From Acidobacteriota bacterium (GTDB lineage Bacteria > Acidobacteriota > Thermoanaerobaculia > Gp7-AA8): a stretch of DNA of 64,000 nt. Position 1 is the stretch's first letter. Every line of letters starts with the position of its first letter. Location: contig JAFATB010000012.1 of assembly GCA_019244185.1 (NCBI GenBank), positions 64,001-128,000 on the forward strand. The letters run 5' to 3'. Both the position numbers and the translations under genes were made by a program. The notes beneath the pieces were generated by a model that worked only from the letters and a program-made list of their open reading frames with translations, searched no databases and was not told where the DNA came from. Shown piece after piece: positions 40,163 through 49,766 of the stretch.

Positions 40163-40834
40163 TTACGAGGCCGTCGGCAACGGACGGCGGCCGCGGACGC
40201 GCCACAGCCAGTAGAACATCGCCACGAAGACCAGCAGCACCGGCAGCGCGCGCATCGGCCCGGTGGTGAACGGCTCCGGCAGAATCTTCGCGACGCGATG
40301 GCGGATCGAGAAGAACGATCCCGCGGCGATGAAGAGCGCGAAGCACATACGCCACAGATGACGCGCGAGGCGCGCGCCGCCGCGCGGGACGCCGTGACGC
40401 AGCACGCGCCAGTCGCCCAGCGCCGCCATCGCGGTGATCGCGCCGAGGAAGAAGAACATCGGGAACGGGACGCCGTTGAGGATTCCGCGCGGGCTGTTGA
40501 AGGCTTGCACGCCGGCGGTGAAGTCGAGGATCGAGAGGACGCTGACGAAGATCAGCGCGACGGCGTTGATGATGCGCGTCGCCGTCGTCGCGGGGCGAAC
40601 GGTCGTCAGCGCGGTGGCCACGAAGTAGATCGGCATCATGCCGCCGATGACGTTCGGATCGGACGGACTCTTGAGAAATCCGAGGAGCGAGGCGGTGAAG
40701 CCCATCACCGTCATCGCGTAGACGAACAGCAGACCGCTGCGCCGGTGGATGCTCCCGCCCTTCCGCACCAGCAGCGCGACCGCGCCGAGGATGATGGCGA
40801 GACCGCCCGCGGCGATGTGGATGGGGAGGAGCAT
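40163..40834 (-). CDS. DUF2306-like membrane protein
   Basis: HIAAG..A...G.VAL..RKG...HRRSG, RLARHLWRM. Confidence 0.75.
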   Translation of the reverse strand: MLLPIHIAAGGLAIILGAVALLVRKGGSIHRRSGLLFVYAMTVMGFTASLLGFLKSPSDPNVIGGMMPIYFVATALTTVRPATTATRIINAVALIFVSVLSILDFTAGVQAFNSPRGILNGVPFPMFFFLGAITAMAALGDWRVLRHGVPRGGARLARHLWRMCFALFIAAGSFFSIRHRVAKILPEPFTTGPMRALPVLLVFVAMFYWLWRVRGRRPLPTAS

Positions 40835-40953
40835 GTGCGGATGTACGCAGCCATCGTACGAAAGTTCTCCCGCTCCGGCGCGCGGATGCTCCGCGCGATA
40901 TCCTTGCGCCTCCGCAGGCTCCACGAAAAATCGACGAGAGAGAAGGATTGCGA

Positions 40954-41814
40954 ATGCTCGATCTCAACATCAAAGCGAATGGTTCCCTCACCGCCAACGC
41001 CGCCGTCGCCGCGAAGGAAGTTCCGTCGTTCGTCAGCATGGTCAACTCGGCCATCGCCGCCGCGCCGAAAGCGACGGACGCGGCCAACACCGTTACCGTG
41101 CAACCGGGCGGCAAGACGTTCACCACCATCACGGCCGCGCTGAACAGCATCAGCGACGCGAGCCTGCAGAAGCAGTACGTCGTGCAGGCCGGCCCCGGCA
41201 CGTACAACGAAGTCGTGGTCTGCAAGCCGTACGTCTTCATCACCGGCGCCGGTGTGGCGCAGACCACCATCACCGCGCCGGCCGCCGCCGATCAGGCCAG
41301 CAAAGGCACGGTGAAGGCGGCGAGTAACTCCGCGATCCAGAACGTGTCGATCGTCTCGAGCGGCGACGCGTGGGGCAGCTGGATCACCGCCGTCGACTGC
41401 GTCGGCGCGGTCAACTTCGACATCGAGAACTGCGACCTCGAAGGCGACGCGACCGGCAACGGCCCGAACCTGGTCACGCTCTCGGTCGACTACAGCCCGG
41501 CCGGCGGCGGCTCGCAGATCAACGTGTCGTACACGATGGTCGGCGCGCACGGCGGCGCGCAGCCGATCGGGCTCCTCGTCTACGCGCGTGCGTACGTGCA
41601 CGTGATGGAGTCGAAGATCGTCGCCGACGGCGCGTCCACGGCGTGGGGCGGGACGGCGAGCTACGAGTCGGCGATCGACCTGTACGGCTCCACGGTGGCG
41701 GGCACGATGTCGCTCGTGCTGTCCGACAGCAGCAGCCACATCACGGCCACCGACTGCAAGCTCATCGGCCCGTATTCGCCGGACGTGGTGGTGAAGACCT
41801 CCGGCAACTCGTAA
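40954..41814 (+). CDS. Right-handed beta-helix (pectin lyase/pectinesterase-like) protein
   Basis: TFTTITAALNS...VVQAGPGTYNE.V...V.ITGAG...TTI cap motif, followed by beta-rich repeats. Confidence 0.7.
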   Translation: MLDLNIKANGSLTANAAVAAKEVPSFVSMVNSAIAAAPKATDAANTVTVQPGGKTFTTITAALNSISDASLQKQYVVQAGPGTYNEVVVCKPYVFITGAGVAQTTITAPAAADQASKGTVKAASNSAIQNVSIVSSGDAWGSWITAVDCVGAVNFDIENCDLEGDATGNGPNLVTLSVDYSPAGGGSQINVSYTMVGAHGGAQPIGLLVYARAYVHVMESKIVADGASTAWGGTASYESAIDLYGSTVAGTMSLVLSDSSSHITATDCKLIGPYSPDVVVKTSGNS

Positions 41815-41820
41815 CGTTCG

Positions 41821-41854
41821 CGCGAGCGGCGGGTTGTGGGGCTCGCCGCTCGCG
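41821..41854. terminator. Hairpin between convergent genes
   Basis: CGCGAGCGGCG...CGCCGCTCGCG, 11-bp stem. Confidence 0.65.
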
Positions 41855-41857
41855 TGT

Positions 41858-43199
41858 TCAGCGCCGCCGCGCGCGCAGACCGCCGAAGAGAATCGCCGCC
41901 GCGGCGAACGGTGGGGACCGCCGCCGCGATCGCGAGCCGATCGGTCCAGCGACGCGGCTGCAGTGCAGGCCGGCGGCTGATGCAAATCGTGGTGATCGCG
42001 CCGTCGCACAAAGCCGCGACGGCGGCGGCGCGCGCCAGCGGTCGTCGCCAGCGTTTCGCGAGCGACAGCAGCACTCCGCACATCACCGCATCGAACGCGA
42101 CCCAGCCCGCCTGCTCGCGTCGCGAGGCGAACCAGCGTCGCGTGTCGGCTGCCGCGAGCACGATCGTCCACGGCACGAGCAGCGCGCCGAGGCCGAAGAT
42201 CACCGGCGCCGGTCCGCGGCCGACCGCCTGCAGTGCGAAGCGAATCGGCCGTCCGGCGGCGAACGCGGCGAGCACGTCGAACACCGCCGTGACCACGCTC
42301 TGATCGCCGGGCCACGCGATGGAGATCGGCGTCCAGACATCGGGCCGCAGCTTCGCTTTGAACGCGCGCAGTCCTTCGAAGTTGTAGAAGCCGCCGAGGA
42401 GTTTGCGGACGAGCCGTTGCCACGGCTCTTCGCCGGCGAGCGGCGCCAGTCCCAGCGTGACGAACGAACAGCCGTCCGCCGCGACGTCGCGCATCGCGGT
42501 GTCGATCATCAGCTCCGTCGTGCCGCTCGGCGACGACGGATCGCGCAGGATGTCTTCGAAGAACCATCCCGCGCGCTCGTACACCGGCACGGCGATGAGC
42601 GTGCCGACGACGCGCCCTGCCGCGCGCGCGACGTAGTAGCGGCGCTCGTCCGCGAACGAGAACGGCTCCAGCGCCACGAGAAACGACATCGGCGGCATCG
42701 GCCGCGCGCAGAGCCAGCGGTCGATGAGCTGCTCGAGCTCCGCGCGCATCGCGCCGGCCGCTTCGTGCGACGGCACGCGCGCGATGGACACGCCTTTCGC
42801 ACGCGCACGCCGCAGCTGCTCCTTGAAGCTGCGATGCCCGCAATGCCCTTCCGTCCACGCGCGCGGGTCCCACGACGGCTGCTCGCCGACCGCGAGCGAA
42901 CGCATCGACGCGCACGCGAGAAAGCGCGGCTCCGTCGCGAAGAACACGGTGCGCCTGCGCTGCCGCCGCGCTTCACTCGCAAAACGTTCCGTGACTTCCG
43001 CGCATCGTCCGAGGGCCGCAATCGGCGCGCCGGCGACGACCCACGCGCGGCCGGTGTCGAGATACGCGACCGCTGCATCGCCTTCCGGATCGAACCAGTA
43101 GCGGAAGCCCTGCTCCATCACCTGGAACGAGGTCGCGTTCCAGCCGTGGCGGCGCAACAACTCCAGCAGGCGTCGTCGCTGCGGATGTTCACCATCCAT
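41858..43199 (-). CDS. DUF2156 / MprF C-terminal-like aminoacyl-tRNA transferase domain with C-terminal TMs; probable +1 frameshift at about 41915
   Basis: HGWNATSFQ, WVVAGAP, EQLRRARAKG, SGTTELMI, VTLGLAPL, FYNFEGLRAFKAKL.P..W. Removing one base of the C run yields ..VPPFAAAAILFGGLRARRR* ending just before the hairpin. Confidence 0.8.
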
Positions 43200-43293
43200 G
43201 CGAGGGATTCGAGGCGTGCCAGTTGGATGCCCGGGAAGGGGTACCATCGTCCGCGTTCAAAGGACATCGACAGTGCACGGCGGTCTGCGATCC

Positions 43294-44781
43294 ATGGCGG
43301 TGATGGCGTTTCTGCTCGTGCTCGGCGGTCTTCGCGCCGTGCAAGCGCAGCCGGCGACATCGACGGCGAAGACTGCCGTCGATCCCGCGCGCGCCCAAGT
43401 GCAGTGGTCGGAGCGCGAGCTCGCGTATCTCCAGAGCCGCGGGCCGATCCGCATGTGCGTGGCTCCCGACTGGATGCCGATCGAAGGGATCGATCGCGAC
43501 GGCGGGTACACCGGCATGGCCGCGGACTTCATCCGCCTCATGATCCGTCGCGGCGGCTTGAACGTGCAGCTCGTTCGCACGCGCACATGGGACGAGTCGT
43601 TCGCCCTCGGCCAACGCAGGCAGTGCGACATCTTCTCGCTGCTGATGGACTCGCCGTCGCGGCGATCGTTTCTCGACTTCACGACTCCGTATCTCGAGAT
43701 CCCGGGCGTGATCGCCACCTCGGTCAACGTTCCGTTCGTCGCGAATCTGGAGCAGGTCCGAGGCAAGCGTCTCGGCCACATGCGCGGCTTCGCGGGCATC
43801 GAGCTCCTGCGCCAGAGCCACCCCGGCATTCAGCTGATCCCGGTGGACAGCTACGAAGAAGGGTTGACGAAGGTGCAGGACGGCGAGCTGTACGGGTTCA
43901 TCGGCAACATGATGAGCGTCGGCCGCGCGCTGCAGGAAAACAAGATCTACGACGTGAAGATCGCGGGGCGCATCGGCCACGACAACCTGATGAGCGTGGC
44001 CACGCGCAACGACCAGCCCGTGCTCCGCGACGTTTTCCAGAAGCTCGTCGACACGATCACGCCCGCGGAACGGCAGGACATCATGAACCGCTGGATCGCC
44101 GTCCGCTTCGAGGAAGGCTTCGACTATCGGCGCTTCTGGCAGATCTTCGGCGTGTTCGCGCTCGTCGGCGTAGTGACGCTGTTCTGGGCGACGAAGCTGC
44201 GCCGGCTGAACGCGGAGCTGCGCGCGGCCAACTCGCGACTGGCCGAGACGAGCCGCCGCGACGGCCTGACCGGCTTGTATAACCGCATGCACTTCGACGA
44301 GATCGTCGTGCCGACGCTGCACCTCTGCGCGCGCAACGCGCTGACGATGACGCTGGCCATCATCGATCTCGATCGATTCAAGGACATCAACGACACGTAC
44401 GGACATCCCTTCGGCGACGCCTGCCTGCGGCACGTCGCGGCGGTCCTGCGCAAATCGTTTCGCCGCGACTCGGACACGGCGGTGCGTTACGGCGGCGAAG
44501 AGCTCATCGTGATCAGCGTCGGCGGAACGCCGCCGGAGATGATCGAACGATTGGAGGCCTTCCGCCGCGAGATCGAGCAGTCGCTCGTCGCGCTCGACAG
44601 CCGGCAATCGAGGCTGACGCTCAGCATCGGAGTGTGGTCCGCCATCCCCGACGTGCATGACGATCCGATGCAACTGCTCAAGCTCGCCGACGCCGCGCTG
44701 TATCGCGCGAAGCGGGAAGGCCGCAACCGCCTGGCCGTGGCCGGCGACGCGGTGTCCCAGGTCAGCTCGCAGGGGGCGTGA
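43294..44781 (+). CDS. Diguanylate cyclase with periplasmic solute-binding (SBP_bac_3) sensor
   Basis: PDWMP, LDFTTPY, TM, DGLTGLYNR, DLDRFK.INDTYGH..GD, RDSD I-site, RYGGEEL; start uncertain. Confidence 0.9.
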   Translation: MAVMAFLLVLGGLRAVQAQPATSTAKTAVDPARAQVQWSERELAYLQSRGPIRMCVAPDWMPIEGIDRDGGYTGMAADFIRLMIRRGGLNVQLVRTRTWDESFALGQRRQCDIFSLLMDSPSRRSFLDFTTPYLEIPGVIATSVNVPFVANLEQVRGKRLGHMRGFAGIELLRQSHPGIQLIPVDSYEEGLTKVQDGELYGFIGNMMSVGRALQENKIYDVKIAGRIGHDNLMSVATRNDQPVLRDVFQKLVDTITPAERQDIMNRWIAVRFEEGFDYRRFWQIFGVFALVGVVTLFWATKLRRLNAELRAANSRLAETSRRDGLTGLYNRMHFDEIVVPTLHLCARNALTMTLAIIDLDRFKDINDTYGHPFGDACLRHVAAVLRKSFRRDSDTAVRYGGEELIVISVGGTPPEMIERLEAFRREIEQSLVALDSRQSRLTLSIGVWSAIPDVHDDPMQLLKLADAALYRAKREGRNRLAVAGDAVSQVSSQGA

Positions 44782-44804
44782 GCCGCGTACGCCCGCGGGC
44801 GAAA

Positions 44805-44837
44805 CCGCCGTTCGTCCGCGCAAATCCGCCATTCGTC
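44805..44837 (+). promoter_or_regulatory. LytTR-type direct repeat CCGCCGTTCGTC / CCGCCATTCGTC (21-bp period)
   Basis: Contains the AlgR-like core CCGTTCGTC; two helical turns apart; 45 bp upstream of the DUF4386 ATG. Confidence 0.7.
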
Positions 44838-44882
44838 GCAAGCGGGTTGCGGCGCGACGTCGGACGCGCGAGATTGCATCGC

Positions 44883-45650
44883 ATGCAGACCGCCACCAGC
44901 TCCGCCCTCTCGCCCGCCATCGCGTATCGCGACTCGACTGTCGACGCGACGTCCCTCATGAGGCCTCGCGTCATCGCCCGAGCGGCGGGCATTCTGCTGC
45001 TGCTGACGCTCATCGGCGGCATCTACGCGCAAGGCTTCGTCAGCGACCAGCTGATTTCGTTCACCGACGCCGCGCTGACGGCGCGCAACATCCTCGGGCA
45101 TCAGTCGGTGTTTCAGCTGAGCTTCGCGGTGTTTCTGCTCGAGATGACGTGTCAGATCGCGTCGGTCGCGCTGTTCTACCGGCTGCTCAGTCCCGTCAGC
45201 CGCAGCCTCGCGCTGGTCAGTACGTGCGTCGAGCTCAGTGGCGCGGTGATCAAGACGCTGAGCCGGCTCTTCTACATCACGCCGCTGTTCGTCCTCTCCG
45301 GCACGAGCGCGCTGAACGCCTTCAGCGCGGAGCAGCTCCGCGCGATCGCGCTGCTGTTGCTCAAGATCAACGATCGCGGCGCGGCGATGGCGCTGGCGTT
45401 CTTCGGCGTCAGCGCGGTGCTGCACGGCTATCTCATCTTCCGCTCGACGTTCCTGCCGCGCGCGCTCGGCATCGCCTGCATGATCGCCGGCGCCGGCTGG
45501 CTGCGCTTCTACTACCCGCCGCTGCACTTCCCGTCGTTCATGATGATCGCCGCCCTGGCGCTGCTCGTCTCCGCGGTGGAGATCTTCTGGCTGATCGTCT
45601 TTGGCGTCGACGAGGAGAAGTGGAAGGAGCGTTACCGCCTGTCGAGGTAG
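44883..45650 (+). CDS. DUF4386-like multi-pass membrane protein (paralog of 39450)
   Basis: ARAAG, DAALTA.NI, FYRLL.PV...LAL, ALAFFG, RSTFLPR.LG, WLIVFGVD. Confidence 0.8.
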   Translation: MQTATSSALSPAIAYRDSTVDATSLMRPRVIARAAGILLLLTLIGGIYAQGFVSDQLISFTDAALTARNILGHQSVFQLSFAVFLLEMTCQIASVALFYRLLSPVSRSLALVSTCVELSGAVIKTLSRLFYITPLFVLSGTSALNAFSAEQLRAIALLLLKINDRGAAMALAFFGVSAVLHGYLIFRSTFLPRALGIACMIAGAGWLRFYYPPLHFPSFMMIAALALLVSAVEIFWLIVFGVDEEKWKERYRLSR

Positions 45651-46027
45651 GCCTTGATCTTCTGCCAGTACTGATCGCGCCACGCCTGTTCGGTTTCGGG
45701 GATGAGATCCTTCGGCACGCCGCGATGGGTCAGCACGAGCTCGGTCCCACCGTCCGGCGTCCGCTTCAGCGTCACGGCCGCCATCGAGAAGATCCCCTCG
45801 GGGAACCGGCGGTGCCGCCACGCCTGCACGATGCGCTGGCCGGGAACGAGATCGACGTTGATGCCGGTGACGTCACTTTCACCAATGGAAAACGCGCCGC
45901 CGATCTCGCCGCTGATGACCGCACGTTTGCCGGTGATCGCGCTGTGCTTGCGCGAGTCGGCGAGCAGCTCGTAGACCGTCGCGGGATCGGCCTTGAACTT
46001 CACACGCTGTTTGATGGTCTTGCACAT
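45632..46027 (-). CDS. SRPBCC/AHSA1 domain protein
   Basis: TIKQ.V.F.A.P..VY, GGAFS, LVPG.RIVQAWR, W...YW. Confidence 0.85.
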   Translation of the reverse strand: MCKTIKQRVKFKADPATVYELLADSRKHSAITGKRAVISGEIGGAFSIGESDVTGINVDLVPGQRIVQAWRHRRFPEGIFSMAAVTLKRTPDGGTELVLTHRGVPKDLIPETEQAWRDQYWQKIKAYLDRR

Positions 46028-46080
46028 ACTTGGGCGAGAATACGCGTTCGCGCGCGATCGCGCACAAGGAGCCGACGAGC

Positions 46081-46557
46081 ATGCAGCCGAAAAACACGAT
46101 CTGTCTCTGGTTCGACAAAGACGCCCTCGACGCCGCGGAGTTCTACGCCGCCACGTTTCCGGACAGCAAAGTGACCGCCGTGCATCGCGCGCCCGCCGAC
46201 TACCCGGGCGGCAAGAAGGACGACGTACTGACGGTGAACTTCACCGTGGTCGGGATTCCGTGCATGGGTCTCAACGGCGGCCCGGTGATGCGGCACAGCG
46301 AAGCCTTCTCGTTTCAGATCGCGACGGACGATCAGGAAGAGACGGATCGCTACTGGAACGCGATCGTCGGCAACGGCGGCAAGGAAAGCGACTGCGGCTG
46401 GTGCAAAGACCGCTGGGGCCTCTCCTGGCAAATCACGCCGCGCGCCCTCACCGACGCGCTCGCGGCCGGCGGCGACGAAGCGAAACGCGCGTTCAACGCG
46501 ATGCTGACGATGCAGAAGATCGATGTGGCCATGATCGAGGCCGCGCGGCGGGGATGA
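46081..46557 (+). CDS. VOC/PhnB-like (3-demethylubiquinone-9 methyltransferase family) protein
   Basis: CLWFD, LNGGP, EAFSFQI...DQEETDRYW, CGWCKDRWGLSWQITP. Confidence 0.92.
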   Translation: MQPKNTICLWFDKDALDAAEFYAATFPDSKVTAVHRAPADYPGGKKDDVLTVNFTVVGIPCMGLNGGPVMRHSEAFSFQIATDDQEETDRYWNAIVGNGGKESDCGWCKDRWGLSWQITPRALTDALAAGGDEAKRAFNAMLTMQKIDVAMIEAARRG

Positions 46558-46590
46558 GCGTGAACGCAGGTGCGGCAATCACGCGTCTGA

Positions 46591-47773
46591 CTAGCGCAAC
46601 GATTTCTCGAGAATGTCGAGTCCCGCCTTCGCGGTGCGTCGATCGAGAGTGAGCGGCGGAAACATCGTGAGCGCGTTCCCGGCTGTCGTGATCAGCAGGC
46701 CGTTCTTGTTGCAGCGATCGTCGATCTCGGAGACATAGTCGTCGTCCTCGCCTGCCTCGACGGCGATGGCCATGCCGCGGATGCGTATCTCTTTTAGATC
46801 TTCGAACTGCATCCCCGCGAGCCGCTCGCCGAAGTACGCGCTGATTTCGGCGGCGTTCCCGAGAACGCGCGCCTGATTGCGAATGAGCCACCGAACGTTG
46901 CGGATGGCGATGTCCACCGTCGACGGATGCCAGCCATAGGTTGAATAGAAGCCGACTTCACCTTCGACGGATTTCGCGACCTTGCGCGTGACGATCGTCG
47001 CGCCCATCGGCGCGAATCCGCCGGTGATGGCCTTGCCCATACACAGGATGTCGGGCTCGAGATCGAAGTGCTCCGACGCGAACAGCTTTCCGGTGCGGCC
47101 GAATCCGCACGCCACTTCATCGGCGATGAACAGCGTTCCGTAGCGGCGGCAAAGTTGCTGCGCGCGCTTCATGAACGCGTCCTCGGGAATCAGCACGGCG
47201 AGGTTGCAGCTGATCGGCTCCATGATGAGCGCCGCGACGTCGCGCTTTTTCAGAAGCGTCTCCAGCCGCGCGATCGCCACGATCGCCGAGGGGCGGCGAG
47301 ATCGTGACGCAGCTCGGCAGCAGATTCGGATACGGCTCGCGCTCTTCGCTCGATGCCACGCTGACCGTGCCGATCGTGTTGCCGTGATAGCTCCCCTCGA
47401 TCGAGACAAACTTGCGGCGGCCGGTCGACGCCATGGCGAGCTGCAGCGCGATGTCGACGGCTTCCGATCCACCGGTCGCACGGTACGTCTTCTCGAGTTG
47501 CCCCGGCGTGATCTCGGCAAGCAACTGAGCGAGCTCCACCCACGGCTGGTACAAGTACTCGGGGTAGACGTAATCCGGCCGCCGGCGCGCCGGCGACTGC
47601 TTGATCGCGGTGTTGTCCCAACCGAAGTTGCCGACGCACCAGCCCGACAGGAAATCGATGTAGCGTCTGCCGCGGGCGTCATACACGAATGCGCCCTTCG
47701 TTCGCGCGACCTGTACGTCTTGCGCCGGCGACTCGCGTCCCAGGTATTTGCGGTCGAGCTGGCGCAGATTCAC
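46591..47773 (-). pseudogene. Class III PLP aminotransferase with a 1-nt frameshift at about 47278
   Basis: Frame 1: GAFVYD..GRRYIDF, GSEAVDIA, SYHG. Frame 2: IMEP, IADEVACGFGRTG, PDILCMGK, PPL. Confidence 0.85.
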
Positions 47774-47920
47774 ACGGAGCGAGCGTGCACGAACGAAGCC
47801 CGGGATCGTCGCGACCGTCGCGGTCGCACTGGTGTCGCGCAAATTCTTCAGGACGGAAAACGCTGGAGAGGAGGCAGCCTGAAGGAGGCTGGGCCAACAA
47901 GCGCTGGCGGTCGCACCGCC

Positions 47921-47994
47921 TGGCTGGGAGACAGGGACTCGAACCCCGATTCAGCGGTCCAGAGCCGCTTGTCCTACCATTGAACGATCTCCCA
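47921..47994 (-). tRNA. tRNA-Gln (anticodon CTG)
   Basis: TGGGAGA acceptor stem, D-loop AATGGTA, AGCGG-CTCTGGA-CCGCT anticodon arm, GGTTCGAGTCC, encoded CCA. Confidence 0.96.
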
Positions 47995-48011
47995 GCAAAT
48001 GGCGGGGCGGG

Positions 48012-48041
48012 ATGCTACTCCGCGGCAAACGCCAGGGTCAA
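48012..48041 (-). promoter_or_regulatory. Sigma-70 promoter for tRNA-Gln (TTGACC-N18-TAGCAT, GC-rich discriminator)
   Basis: Position and GC discriminator typical of stable-RNA promoters. Confidence 0.6.
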
Positions 48042-48104
48042 GGTGGACATTCCAGCGTTGCACGCTTGCCGAACGTGGCACAATCTTCGAGAGGATCGAC
48101 GCCC

Positions 48105-48434
48105 ATGTTGCCGGAAGTCTTCGAGTGTCCGCAGTGCGAGCGCCAGTTCGTGGTCGAGCTGGTGGAGTCGTCTGCCGAGCGCTCGATTCACTGCCCGCAG
48201 TGCAAGCGCTACCTCGGCGAGAAGGACCTCAACTTCATCATCGTCAGCGAGATCGAAGAGCTCGCGGAACGCCTCCGCTTCGAGCGCGACCGGCTCGAAC
48301 GCGATGAAGCCGTTTACTCGATGACCGACTGCGACGCCGAGCTGCGCACGTACGGCGGCGAAGTCCACAAGGTCCTGCACATCCTCCGGCGCACGCTCGC
48401 CGATCTCGACTCGCTGAAGCAGACGTACCGGTGA
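48105..48434 (+). CDS. Small zinc-ribbon (CPQC x2) plus helical-hairpin protein
   Basis: FECPQC...IHCPQC; GAGG SD; stop overlaps next start (GTGA). Confidence 0.75.
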   Translation: MLPEVFECPQCERQFVVELVESSAERSIHCPQCKRYLGEKDLNFIIVSEIEELAERLRFERDRLERDEAVYSMTDCDAELRTYGGEVHKVLHILRRTLADLDSLKQTYR

Positions 48435-49639
48435 CGACGCTCCCGCTGGAGGGCATCCTCGTCGCCGATTTCTCGCGCGTCCTCGCGGGGCCGCTCTGCA
48501 CGCAGCTCCTCGCCGACGAAGGCGCGCGCGTCATCAAGGTCGAAGAGCCGGAGCGCGGCGACGAGACGCGGCGCTGGGGACCGCCGTTCGCTGGAACAAT
48601 CGGCGGCGGCATCAGCACGTACTTTCTCTCGCTCAACCGCAACAAGGAATCGCTCGCGCTCGACCTGCGCGGCGACGAAGGGCGCGCGCTCGCGCGAACG
48701 CTCATCGAGCGCGCCGACGTCGTCGTCGACAACTTCCTCCCGCCGCAGCGCGCGCAGCTCCTCGGTGACGTCGCGGCGATCAACCCGCGCGCGATTCACT
48801 GCTCGATCGGCGGCTTCGATCCTGACACGAGCGACGCGAACACGCCCGGCTATGACCTGCTCGCGCAAGCCGGCGCGGGGCTCATGTCGATCACCGGCGA
48901 CGACGAGCCGATGAAAGCCGGCGTCGCGCTCTCCGACGTGCTCACCGCGCATCACGCGCACGGTGCGATCTGCGCGGCGCTGTACGCGCGCACGCAGACG
49001 GGACGCGGCGCGCGGCTCGAGGTGTCGCTGTTCGCGTCGACGCTCGCGTCACTCGTCAACGTCGCGCAGGGCGCACTGGCGACGAACGTCGAGGCGCAGC
49101 GTTACGGCAACGCGCATCCGTCGATCGTTCCGTATCAGCTCTTTCACGCGAGCGATCGCATCTTCGCGCTCGGCGGCGGCACGGATCGGCACTTCCGCAT
49201 GCTCTGCGAGCGCGTGCTCGAGCAGCCGGAGCTCGCGGACGACGAACGCTTCGCGACGAACGCCGCGCGCGTGGCGCATCGCGAGGTGCTCGTACCGCTG
49301 CTGGAGGAATGTTTCCGCGCGCGGACGGCGGACGAATGGATCGCGCGTTGTCGCGATGCGAACATTCCGTGCTCGCTCGTCCAGGGCGTGCTCGAAGCGT
49401 TGCGCAGCGACGCCGGGCACGTCGTCGTCGCGGAGGTCGCGCATCCCGAGATCGGCCGCTACGAAACCGTCCGGCATCCGGTGCGCTTCGACGGCGAGCG
49501 CTTGCCGGTGCGCTTGCCGCCGCCGCGGCTCGGCGAGCACACCGAGGCGCTCGTGCGCGAGCTCAGTGCTGACCGGCGAACGACAGCGCGAGCAGCACCG
49601 TACAGGCAGCGAAGACGAAGCCGAGGACCGCGATCATGA
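48431..49639 (+). CDS. CaiB/BaiF family III CoA-transferase
   Basis: PLEGILVADFSRVLAGP, GARVIKVE, GDETR.WGPP, NRNKES, PGYD, PRLGEHT. Confidence 0.92.
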   Translation: MTTLPLEGILVADFSRVLAGPLCTQLLADEGARVIKVEEPERGDETRRWGPPFAGTIGGGISTYFLSLNRNKESLALDLRGDEGRALARTLIERADVVVDNFLPPQRAQLLGDVAAINPRAIHCSIGGFDPDTSDANTPGYDLLAQAGAGLMSITGDDEPMKAGVALSDVLTAHHAHGAICAALYARTQTGRGARLEVSLFASTLASLVNVAQGALATNVEAQRYGNAHPSIVPYQLFHASDRIFALGGGTDRHFRMLCERVLEQPELADDERFATNAARVAHREVLVPLLEECFRARTADEWIARCRDANIPCSLVQGVLEALRSDAGHVVVAEVAHPEIGRYETVRHPVRFDGERLPVRLPPPRLGEHTEALVRELSADRRTTARAAPYRQRRRSRGPRS

Positions 49640-49766
49640 GGATGAAGGGCGGCTTCTTTCCGGAAAACGAGCGGAAGGTGAAGAAGAGGATGGCCGCGGA
49701 GATGAGCGCGATCGAGCCGCCGAGGATGGAGACGAAGATCATTGCGCGCTGAAAGGCCGGATCCAC
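49563..49766 (-). CDS. Small two-TM membrane protein (67 aa)
   Basis: Two clean hydrophobic helices; extended -10 TGCTACCGT 6 nt before GTG. Confidence 0.6.
   Translation of the reverse strand: MDPAFQRAMIFVSILGGSIALISAAILFFTFRSFSGKKPPFILMIAVLGFVFAACTVLLALSFAGQH

Noticed and set aside
22542-47773. Programmed frameshifting or phase variation at the three frameshifts
   Set aside because: No slippery heptamers or long repeats (at most G4). Isolated 1-nt indels in otherwise intact genes fit assembly error better.
44800-47994. Intact prophage or integrative element at tRNA-Gln
   Set aside because: No integrase, att duplication or phage genes were seen.
48076-48090. Sigma-54 promoter TGGCAC-N5-TCGA before the Zn-ribbon gene
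   Set aside because: The -12 element is poor and it leaves almost no room before the SD and start.
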